Assembly: GCA_964447245.1 (NCBI GenBank)
Contig: CAYURX010000001.1
Span: 1-55,486, forward strand
Length of the DNA stretch: 55,486 nucleotides
Direction: 5' to 3'
From: an uncultured Coprococcus sp.
GTDB lineage: Bacteria > Bacillota > Clostridia > Lachnospirales > Lachnospiraceae
Below the pieces are notes generated by a model. It did not search any database. It saw nothing but the letters and a program-made list of their open reading frames with translations, and was not told the DNA's origin. Position numbers and translations under genes: made by a program. Below are positions 48,032-55,486 of the stretch, piece by piece. Positions within the stretch are counted from its first letter, which is position 1. Each line of letters starts with the position of its first letter.

Positions 48032-48487
48032 ATGAAGAAACACAGGATCATCAAGTATATATTGGCTGCTATAGCAGTTGTTTATATCATTTGTATTTTT
48101 AATGTACCGGCTCTTGAAGGGCTGAAACACAATTTTGTGGCCTGGCTGATTTACGGTATTTATGTGCTGAATACGATATTCATCTGGATAGCTTTTGGTA
48201 AACGCAAGAAGCAGCATCGCGATGACGAAGCTGCTTCTGAAGCGAAAATCAGTCAGGAACTTTTTAAAGAACGGAATAAGTATCGCAGTCCGCACAGGTG
48301 GCCTGGCGTTTTTTCTGAACAGAACAGGTATAGATCGGGCACGCTTTACCCTTTGGCGCATGGAATACTTTACCCTGGCTTTCGTTGCAGCCTTTGCATA
48401 ATGTGCCGTAACATGGACACGCTTTGGCACTGCAGGAGGAGCCGCAGCAGCTCATGGATAAGATTTCCCGCTGCTGTTTTTTGCTGA
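48032..48487 (+). CDS. Hypothetical two-TM membrane protein, 3' end probably lost (reads into the antisense strand of the next gene)
   Basis: GGAGG RBS; two hydrophobic helices; 224-nt convergent overlap. Confidence 0.5.
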   Translation: MKKHRIIKYILAAIAVVYIICIFNVPALEGLKHNFVAWLIYGIYVLNTIFIWIAFGKRKKQHRDDEAASEAKISQELFKERNKYRSPHRWPGVFSEQNRYRSGTLYPLAHGILYPGFRCSLCIMCRNMDTLWHCRRSRSSSWIRFPAAVFC

Positions 48488-48812
48488 ATCCGCGCAGGAT
48501 GAGCAGGTAGGATTTATCCAGCATGGTCTTTAACAGGTCATCCGGCACGGCGCCGTCCGGCTTAATGGAGTTCCAGTGCACTTTGTTGGAATAATAGCCG
48601 GGAATAATATCTTCATATTGTGATCTTAAAAATTCACCTTCCACCGGTTCAAGCTTTAAGTTGATGTAATAAGGCTGATTCTGTTCGTCAAGACAAATGG
48701 CCGCAAACATTTTGCCGCCCACATGGTAGCGGATCCAGTTCCAGCTTGGCTGCAGGTCTTTTGTCACACCTTTTTTCTTTAAGAGATATTCATCTAACCA
48801 CTCATATCGCAT
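48264..48812 (-). CDS. MmcQ/YjbR-family protein with a Cys-rich (DUF3795-like) C-terminal domain, probably 3'-truncated
   Basis: VGGKMFA, INLKLEP, IPGYYSNKVHWNSI; CCG..C..C..C..GC...CPIY.C...CADC; GGAGG RBS before ATG 48812. Confidence 0.75.
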   Translation of the reverse strand: MRYEWLDEYLLKKKGVTKDLQPSWNWIRYHVGGKMFAAICLDEQNQPYYINLKLEPVEGEFLRSQYEDIIPGYYSNKVHWNSIKPDGAVPDDLLKTMLDKSYLLILRGFSKKQQREILSMSCCGSSCSAKACPCYGTLCKGCNESQGKVFHAPKGKACPIYTCSVQKKRQATCADCDTYSVL

Positions 48813-48914
48813 GTTAATTCCTCCAATGATCGTCATCTGTAAAATAAATAGCGGATCTGCTGCTGACAATACGATGATAGCATCCGCAACATGACAACAG
48901 TATGACATGTTGGG

Positions 48915-50210
48915 TCACATTCGGCATATTTTATCCAGAATTTCAAAATAATTTTCAAAAGTTTTCCGGCAGCACTGCGGGTTCATGATGACGATACCGG
49001 GAGATCGAAGACCCGTGAGAGAAAAAGCCATGGCGACACGATGGTCTTCGTAGGTTTCAATGTGTGCAGGCTGCGGCTGTCCCGGTTCAATGAGAATATC
49101 ATCAGCCTCGATCCGGGCCTTAATTTGCATTCGGCCCAGATTTTCAACAATGGCGGCCATGCGGTCGCTTTCCTGCAGGCGTATATGGCCGATTTGGCGG
49201 ATGCGTGTACAGCCGTCGGCAAAAGGCGCAATGGCGGCGAGAGTGAGGGCCTGATCTGAAAAACTGCTCATATCCACATCAATTCCTTTTAACTGCCCGT
49301 CTGACGGTCCGATGAGCCGGATGCCTTCTGCCGTATCCTGCGCCTGGCAGCCCATTTGCTCAAACGTATGTAATAAAGCAATATCGCCCTGGAGTGAATC
49401 AAAATGCACATGACGGACAAGGACGGAACCGCCGGACAGTGCGGCCATACCGTAGAAATAGGCTGCTGCCGAGACATCCGGTTCGATCTGATAGGTGCAG
49501 GCATGGTAATGGCTGTTGCCCGGAATGTGGTAAGTACCGGCCTGCGGCGAATGGACACCGGCCTGAAACTGCTGCATCATGGCCATGGTCATGGCAATAT
49601 AGGACAGGCCGTGAGTCCCCGTAATATGAATCGTAAAATCATGATCGAGCATAACGGCGGACATGAGAAGGGCGCTTAAAAACTGGCTGCTGTCACCGAT
49701 ATCAACGGTGGCTTCGTCGGCTGTGATGCCATTTGATTGAATCGTAAACGGGAAAAATCCCGGCTTTTCATCGTAAGTGATGGTGCATCCCAGGTCCGTG
49801 AGGGTTTTTAAAAGAGGCGCCATGGGCCGTTTTTTCATCTGTTCAGAGGCGTCCAGATGCCAGGTACCTCTGGCGCATCCAAGCATGGCTGTCAAAAAGC
49901 GGGCGGCCGTTCCGGCGCTGCCAACATAGACGGAGACATTTTCCTTTGGAATACGTCCGCCAAGGCCGGTGACACGCACGGAGCGGGCACTTTCATCAAT
50001 GCGCACATCAAATCCAAGGTCGATGAGGCATTGCAGAAAATGTCTTGAATCATCACTGAATAAAGCGCCGTTCAGTACTGTTTCGCCGTCGGACAGGGCG
50101 GCCAGCATGAGGGCGCGGTTGGTGATGCTTTTGGAGCCCGGTGCTTCAACCGTCAGGTCAAAAGGCATCGTTTGATGATAAAAAATGGGTTGTACATGAT
50201 AAGAATCCAT
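48915..50210 (-). CDS. aroA: 3-phosphoshikimate 1-carboxyvinyltransferase
   Basis: PGSKSITNR, GSAGTAARF, SSQFLSALL, RLQESDR, DHRVAM. Confidence 0.96.
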   Translation of the reverse strand: MDSYHVQPIFYHQTMPFDLTVEAPGSKSITNRALMLAALSDGETVLNGALFSDDSRHFLQCLIDLGFDVRIDESARSVRVTGLGGRIPKENVSVYVGSAGTAARFLTAMLGCARGTWHLDASEQMKKRPMAPLLKTLTDLGCTITYDEKPGFFPFTIQSNGITADEATVDIGDSSQFLSALLMSAVMLDHDFTIHITGTHGLSYIAMTMAMMQQFQAGVHSPQAGTYHIPGNSHYHACTYQIEPDVSAAAYFYGMAALSGGSVLVRHVHFDSLQGDIALLHTFEQMGCQAQDTAEGIRLIGPSDGQLKGIDVDMSSFSDQALTLAAIAPFADGCTRIRQIGHIRLQESDRMAAIVENLGRMQIKARIEADDILIEPGQPQPAHIETYEDHRVAMAFSLTGLRSPGIVIMNPQCCRKTFENYFEILDKICRM

Positions 50211-50417
50211 AGTGCCTCCTTCAATAAAATACATTTTCTTGATTATATCATATTAAAAAAAGGAATAAAACTAAATTTGTATTATGGTTGCAATTCGCAG
50301 TCATATAGGTATATAATAAGCAGCGAATACGATGTATCATGATGTGGATGCGCGTATTTGGCTGCTTGTTAACTCATTTTACAAAAATCAGTAATAGATG
50401 AAATCGTGAGGAATAGA

Positions 50418-51158
50418 ATGGATCAGAATTTATATCATGAAATAGAAGGTAAGGCCCAGATCCTTGTGGATTCGCTGCCTTATATCAGAGACTTTAATCA
50501 GAAGATCATCGTTGTCTGTTTTGGATGCAGTAATATTTTAAATGACGAGGAGACCGAGGAAGTGATGCGGGACATCGCATTGCTGAAATCCATCGGCATG
50601 AAACCGATCGTTGTCCATGATTCAAAGATGGGACATGACAAATTCCGTGAGAATAAGCGGATGGCCAAGTTAATTGAACTGAATGGCATCAAGGCAGTGG
50701 GGATCTGCGGCATTGATCTGCAAACGCTGCATATGACACTGGACAATAATTATATACCGGTCATTACGCCAAATGATATTGACAACGAGGAGGTGCTGAT
50801 CACGCCGGAGGAGGCTTCCGGTGAGATCGCGGTGGCCATGGGCGCTGAAAAGGTACTGTTTCTTGGCAAAGAGGACGGTATTCATGATGAAAGCGGACAT
50901 ATCATTTCTCAGATGACCATTGACGAAGTCAAAGCGATGGTTCAGTCCGGGCGGTTTGAAGGCCGTTTTGAACAGAAGGTGGGTTATGCATTGAAAATGA
51001 TGGAACAGGGCGTGCCGAGGGTACATATTCTTCATGCGGAACTGGCCCATGCGATTCTTGTGGAGATGTTCAGCATTATTGGCGTCGGCACAGTGATCAT
51101 GCCGGACCGGGAACATTATTATCCGCATGAGGCAAGACACAGAAGTAAAAAATCATAA
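50418..51158 (+). CDS. Degenerate acetylglutamate kinase-like (amino-acid kinase fold) protein
   Basis: [35 protein letters not shown]; canonical KxGG and HGGG motifs absent. Confidence 0.7.
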   Translation: MDQNLYHEIEGKAQILVDSLPYIRDFNQKIIVVCFGCSNILNDEETEEVMRDIALLKSIGMKPIVVHDSKMGHDKFRENKRMAKLIELNGIKAVGICGIDLQTLHMTLDNNYIPVITPNDIDNEEVLITPEEASGEIAVAMGAEKVLFLGKEDGIHDESGHIISQMTIDEVKAMVQSGRFEGRFEQKVGYALKMMEQGVPRVHILHAELAHAILVEMFSIIGVGTVIMPDREHYYPHEARHRSKKS

Positions 51159-51169
51159 GGGAGCTGCGT

Positions 51170-51733
51170 ATGGGTCTGATTGAATTATTTCTGCTGGCTG
51201 TCGGGTTGTCCATGGACGCCTTTGCGGTGTCCGTCTGTAAAGGGCTGGCAATGAAAAAGATTACCGTGACCAGGGCCGGTATTGTGGGCCTGTGGTTTGG
51301 CGGATTCCAGGCATTGATGCCGCTTGCCGGTTATCTGCTGGGCAGTCGTTTCAGCCGGTATATTACGGCTGTTGACCACTGGATCGCTTTTGTACTGCTG
51401 GCATTGATCGGCGGTAATATGATAAAGGAAGCCCTTGCGGGCGATGATGCAAAGGCCAGTGATTCGCTGGCAGCAAAAGAAATGTTTCTTCTGGCAGTGG
51501 CGACAAGTATTGACGCACTGGCGGTCGGGATCACCTTTGCGTTTTTAAATGTGCATATCCTCCCGGCGATTTCCCTGATCGGTGTGGTCACGTTCGTTTT
51601 GTCGGCGGCCGGTGTCAAAGTGGGAAATATTTTTGGCTTAAGATACAAGTCGAAGGCGGAAATGGCCGGAGGTGTGATCCTCATACTGATCGGCACGAAA
51701 ATACTGCTGGAGCATCTGGGTATCATCGGGTAA
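51170..51733 (+). CDS. mntP: Manganese efflux pump
   Basis: [31 protein letters not shown]. Confidence 0.92.
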   Translation: MGLIELFLLAVGLSMDAFAVSVCKGLAMKKITVTRAGIVGLWFGGFQALMPLAGYLLGSRFSRYITAVDHWIAFVLLALIGGNMIKEALAGDDAKASDSLAAKEMFLLAVATSIDALAVGITFAFLNVHILPAISLIGVVTFVLSAAGVKVGNIFGLRYKSKAEMAGGVILILIGTKILLEHLGIIG

Positions 51734-51789
51734 GGGAACCGGATCACCCTGTCATTGGAGCATGTGCCATGGGAAGGAGGCGTACAGAA

Positions 51790-53202
51790 TTGCTGACTTA
51801 TTCTTTGTCGGATATCGGTTCGGCAAGTATTTATGAATATCTTTATCAGTGTATTCGCCGGGATATTCTGCAGAAGAAGCTGAAAGCAGGGGAAAAATTG
51901 CCATCAAAGCGCAGTTTTGCAAGAAATATGCAGGTCAGTGTGGTCACTGTGGAAAATGCCTATGCGCAACTCATGGTAGAAGGCTATATTTACGCAATTG
52001 AGAAAAGAGGTTATTTTGTCGCTGATATTGACCAGACGGTGGCCGCACCCCATGCGGCGTCTGAAATGCGGGTCCCGGAGCCGGAGAAAAAAGAAACGGA
52101 GAACAAAAACTGGCTGGCGGATTTTGTTTCCAATACGATCAGCTATGAAAAATTTCCTTTTTCTGTGTGGTCAAAGCTTGTGAGAGAAGTGATTTTGTCG
52201 GAAGACAGTATGCATATTCTGTCACCGGCCCCGTCAGGGGGCGTTTATAAATTGCGGGCAGCTATTGCCAGACATCTCTATGCCTTCCGGGGGATGGAAG
52301 TGGAGATGGATCAGATCATCATTGGCGCGGGAACGGAATATCTCTATAATCTGATGATCCAGCTGCTGGGCCGGGATCAGGTCTATGGCGTGGAAGATCC
52401 GGGCTATAAGAAGCTGCCGCAAATTTACCGTCAAAATGGGGTCAGGTGTGTGTCCCTGCCGATGGACGGCAGCGGTATCCGTGTGGATGCGCTGGAGAAT
52501 AGCGGCGTTGATGTGATTCATTTGTCGCCGTCCCACCATTTTCCGACAGGCATCGTCACGCCGGTGACGCGGCGCTATGAGCTGCTGGGATGGGCGGCCA
52601 GAGCAAAGAACCGCTATATTATTGAAGATGATTATGATTGTGAGTTCCGTCTCTTTGGACGGCCGATACAGACGCTGCAGGGGATCGATAAGCGGGAGAG
52701 CGTCATCTATATGAATACATTTACCAAAAGTCTGGCGCCGTCTTTTCGAATCAGCTATATGGTGCTGCCGAAACATCTGGCCGGGGCTTTTCGTGAAAAA
52801 TTAGGTTTCTATTCATGTACGGTATCGAACCTTGAACAGTATGTGCTGGCCCTGTTTATTGAGCGGGGATATTTTGAGAAACACATTAACCGTATGCGTA
52901 ATTATTACCGGGAAAAAAGAGATTTTCTGATTCGTCAGATCCGGCAGAGTCCGCTGGCCCAAAAGGTTCGGATCTCAGAGCAGGATTCAGGGCTGCACTT
53001 TCTGATGACGGTGCAGACAGATAAGACAGATGCGGAGATTATCAGGGAAGCAGAGCAGGCCGGGATCCGTATTAATGCTTTGTCTCTGTATTACCAGAAT
53101 CCGCAGGAGGCAGTACCCCATGTGTTTATTATGAACTATGCGGGGGTCAGTGAGGAAAAATTCGGCGAGGCCATCAAAAGGCTGGCCGATGTGATGCTGT
53201 AA
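51790..53202 (+). CDS. MocR/GabR-family PLP-dependent regulator (PdxR-like)
   Basis: KLPSKR...TVENAYAQL wHTH; PSHHFPTG, IIEDDYD, TFTKSLAPSFRISY; TTG start after AGGAGG. Confidence 0.9.
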   Translation: MLTYSLSDIGSASIYEYLYQCIRRDILQKKLKAGEKLPSKRSFARNMQVSVVTVENAYAQLMVEGYIYAIEKRGYFVADIDQTVAAPHAASEMRVPEPEKKETENKNWLADFVSNTISYEKFPFSVWSKLVREVILSEDSMHILSPAPSGGVYKLRAAIARHLYAFRGMEVEMDQIIIGAGTEYLYNLMIQLLGRDQVYGVEDPGYKKLPQIYRQNGVRCVSLPMDGSGIRVDALENSGVDVIHLSPSHHFPTGIVTPVTRRYELLGWAARAKNRYIIEDDYDCEFRLFGRPIQTLQGIDKRESVIYMNTFTKSLAPSFRISYMVLPKHLAGAFREKLGFYSCTVSNLEQYVLALFIERGYFEKHINRMRNYYREKRDFLIRQIRQSPLAQKVRISEQDSGLHFLMTVQTDKTDAEIIREAEQAGIRINALSLYYQNPQEAVPHVFIMNYAGVSEEKFGEAIKRLADVML

Positions 53203-53233
53203 AATGTGATATTATTAAGAAAAAAATGGAGGT

Positions 53234-53851
53234 ATGGATATGAAGGTTTTACTGGTTAACGGAAGTCCGAGAGCAAAGGGCTGTACTTATACGGCTTTAT
53301 CCGAAGTGGCTTCGGCTCTGGAACAATGCGGTGTGGAGACGGAGATTTTTCAGTTAGGTACAGCGCCTGTAAGAGGGTGCATTGCCTGCGGCGCATGCAA
53401 AAAGCTGGGGAAATGCGCGTTTGATGACGATGTCTGCAATGCCCTTGGAGACAAAATGGCGGCAGCCGACGGTATCGTGATCGGTTCTCCGGTCTATTAC
53501 GCAGGCGCCAACGGCGCGATCTGTGCCGTTCTTGACCGGGTATTTTATTCCCATGGCAGTCCTATGCATCACAAGCCGGGTGCGGCCGTTGTGAGCTGTC
53601 GCCGCGGAGGCGCCAGCGCCACCTTTGACCGTTTGAATAAATATTTCACGATTAACCAGATGCCGGTTGTCAGCTCGACCTACTGGAATTCCGTCCATGG
53701 TTCCACACCGGAACAGGTGCGGGCGGATCTGGAAGGCATGCAGACCATGCGGACGCTGGGACAGAATATGGCCTGGATGTTAAAATGCATGGAGAATCAG
53801 CCGTTGCCTGAAACGGACGCAAAGGTTTATACGAATTTTTATAAGGGTTAA
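53234..53851 (+). CDS. Iron-sulfur flavoprotein / flavodoxin-family FMN reductase
   Basis: NGSPR, CxxCxxCx5C, GSPVYY, RRGGA. Confidence 0.88.
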   Translation: MDMKVLLVNGSPRAKGCTYTALSEVASALEQCGVETEIFQLGTAPVRGCIACGACKKLGKCAFDDDVCNALGDKMAAADGIVIGSPVYYAGANGAICAVLDRVFYSHGSPMHHKPGAAVVSCRRGGASATFDRLNKYFTINQMPVVSSTYWNSVHGSTPEQVRADLEGMQTMRTLGQNMAWMLKCMENQPLPETDAKVYTNFYKG

Positions 53852-53882
53852 CAGACAGGTTATAAGGAAGGAATGTGTAACA

Positions 53883-54839
53883 TTGAAAGGAAAAGAAAAT
53901 ACAGCGGCCATCAGCGCCAAGGCAACGGTCATTGGCCTGCCGCGCGCAATGCTGTATGAGCGCTATGAGATTTTATGGAAAAGTTTCTTCTCGGCCCTGG
54001 GTATGAAAGGAATTGTGAGCCGGCCGACCAATAAAGAGATGATCCGTGTCGGTTCATCTCTGGCCATCGATGAGGCCTGTCTGTCGACAAAAATTTATCT
54101 TGGTCATATTCAGGCCCTGGTAGGAAAATGTGATTACATTCTTGTGCCGCGCATCAGCAATTTTGGGCTGAAGCGGAATATGTGTACGAAGTTCGAATCT
54201 TTATATGATCTGGTCTGCAATGTATTCAGGGATACAGATCAGAAATTTATTGCTTACAATGTGGATGTGCTTCAGAAAATTGACGAGGAAAAAGGCTTTA
54301 TTGATCTGGGTGTGGCCCTTGGCTGTGACCGGAAAACAGTGGTGAAGGCTTATAAAAAGGCCAAAAAAGCGGAAGCGGAGGCATGGAAAGAAAAGGTACA
54401 CGCTGAGGAGCGTCTTTATAAAAAAGATGGTATCAAAATCCTTGTGGTGGCCCACAGCTATGTGTTGGAGGATGATTATATCGGTCATCCGGTGCTGGCC
54501 TATTTACAGGAAATGGGCGTGACGCCGATTCGCGCGGAGCGTGTTGACCGCAAGGAGGCCCTGAAGCAGAGCGTGAAGGTATCCCAGACCCTGAAATGGG
54601 AATTGAGCCGTGAACTGGTTGGCAGCATTCAGATGCATAAAGATAAAGTGGACGGTATGATTTTACTCAGTGCTTTTCCGTGCGGACCGGATTCCATGGT
54701 CAATGAGATGATTATCCGCAGATTTGCCGGAATACCGATTTTAAATATCGTTCTGGATAATCAGGACGGCACGGCGGGACTTGAGACCCGTCTGGAGAGT
54801 TTTACGGATATTTTGAAACTGAAAAGGGGTGAACTGTAA
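53883..54839 (+). CDS. Acyl-CoA dehydratase activase-related protein (DUF2229-like)
   Basis: IGLPRAM, DEACLSTKIYLGH, CTKF, AHSY, AFPCGPDS, GLETRLESF. Confidence 0.75.
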   Translation: MKGKENTAAISAKATVIGLPRAMLYERYEILWKSFFSALGMKGIVSRPTNKEMIRVGSSLAIDEACLSTKIYLGHIQALVGKCDYILVPRISNFGLKRNMCTKFESLYDLVCNVFRDTDQKFIAYNVDVLQKIDEEKGFIDLGVALGCDRKTVVKAYKKAKKAEAEAWKEKVHAEERLYKKDGIKILVVAHSYVLEDDYIGHPVLAYLQEMGVTPIRAERVDRKEALKQSVKVSQTLKWELSRELVGSIQMHKDKVDGMILLSAFPCGPDSMVNEMIIRRFAGIPILNIVLDNQDGTAGLETRLESFTDILKLKRGEL

Positions 54840-55486
54840 TGGATATCGGCAAAAAAAAGGTGTCATTTCCCATGGTGGCCAATTATAACTGTGTGATCCG
54901 CTATTTTGTCGAATGCGGTTTGGACGCGCAGTTTATTATGCCGCCGAAAATGACAAAGCGAACCATGGATATAGGAGCCAGATACAGCCCGGACTATGTC
55001 TGCGCGCCTTTTAAGAGTACCCTCGGCAGCATGATCGACGCGCTGGAAGCGGGTGCGGATACGCTGGTCATGACCATGGGACTGTGCCGACTTGGCTATT
55101 ACGGGGAGCTTCAGGAACAGATCATTCGTGATCTTGGCTACGAATTTGAAATGATCAATCTGTCAGAATACAGTACGGGTAAAAACCGGGATTATATCAA
55201 GGCGCTGCGGCGGATCAATCCGAAAATGAACCTGGCCAGATTTACGCTGGCGGCGGCCGAGGGCCTGAAAATGGTCGAGTACATCGATGAGATTGAAGAA
55301 GAATATTATAAAAACTGTGGTTTTGAGGTCAATAAGGGCGATTATAAAAAGGCGCTGGACAGATTTTTCCTTGCCATGAATATTGCGACGAGCAAGAAGG
55401 ATGTGGAGGATGGTTACCGGGAGGCGAAGCGGGAATTTAACCGGATCCCGATTGAAAAACCGGAGCAGCCTTTAAGGGTTGGCATC
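54839..55486 (+). CDS. 2-hydroxyacyl-CoA dehydratase/activase-related protein, 3' end outside window
   Basis: TAATG overlap; MDIGKKKVSFP...SPDYVCAPFK..LG...GLCRLGYY; frame open to the edge. Confidence 0.7.
   Translation, partial: MDIGKKKVSFPMVANYNCVIRYFVECGLDAQFIMPPKMTKRTMDIGARYSPDYVCAPFKSTLGSMIDALEAGADTLVMTMGLCRLGYYGELQEQIIRDLGYEFEMINLSEYSTGKNRDYIKALRRINPKMNLARFTLAAAEGLKMVEYIDEIEEEYYKNCGFEVNKGDYKKALDRFFLAMNIATSKKDVEDGYREAKREFNRIPIEKPEQPLRVGI

Noticed and set aside
50235-50417. yybP-ykoY manganese riboswitch for mntP
   Set aside because: Only a simple GCAGC...GCTGC hairpin; conserved riboswitch motifs not recognisable

Overview
Chromosomal window from a spore-forming Clostridia genome, Lachnospiraceae-like by gene content (inferred, not searched). 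In order it carries: the end of a tRNA cluster (Gln, Lys, Leu); crt-hbd; purA; an uncharacterised DUF5717/DUF5716-like pair; a fructoselysine (frl) utilisation locus; T-box-valS-folC; the spoIIAA-spoIIAB-sigF operon; spoVA genes; a GH32 fructan/sucrose locus; glmS ribozyme-glmS; a 2 kb patch of deletion-damaged genes; aroA; and several metabolic genes. Two things stand out. (1) The spoVA cluster is split by about 14 kb holding two MurE ligases with different predicted specificity. One is Lys/Orn-type (EDPG motif), in an operon with a D-Asp ligase and an Asp racemase, behind a consensus sigmaA promoter. The other is meso-DAP-type (DNPR motif), sits 3 nt from spoVAB, and follows a sigmaK/sigmaE-like promoter. 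This suggests a vegetative versus spore switch in peptidoglycan chemistry. (2) Two near-identical ~220 bp elements, each a long rod-like hairpin, sit in inverted orientation around a 2 kb cargo (esterase plus a GNAT toxin-antitoxin-like pair), with no transposase or recombinase in the window. All family calls come from motif recognition by eye; no database searches or folding programs were run.
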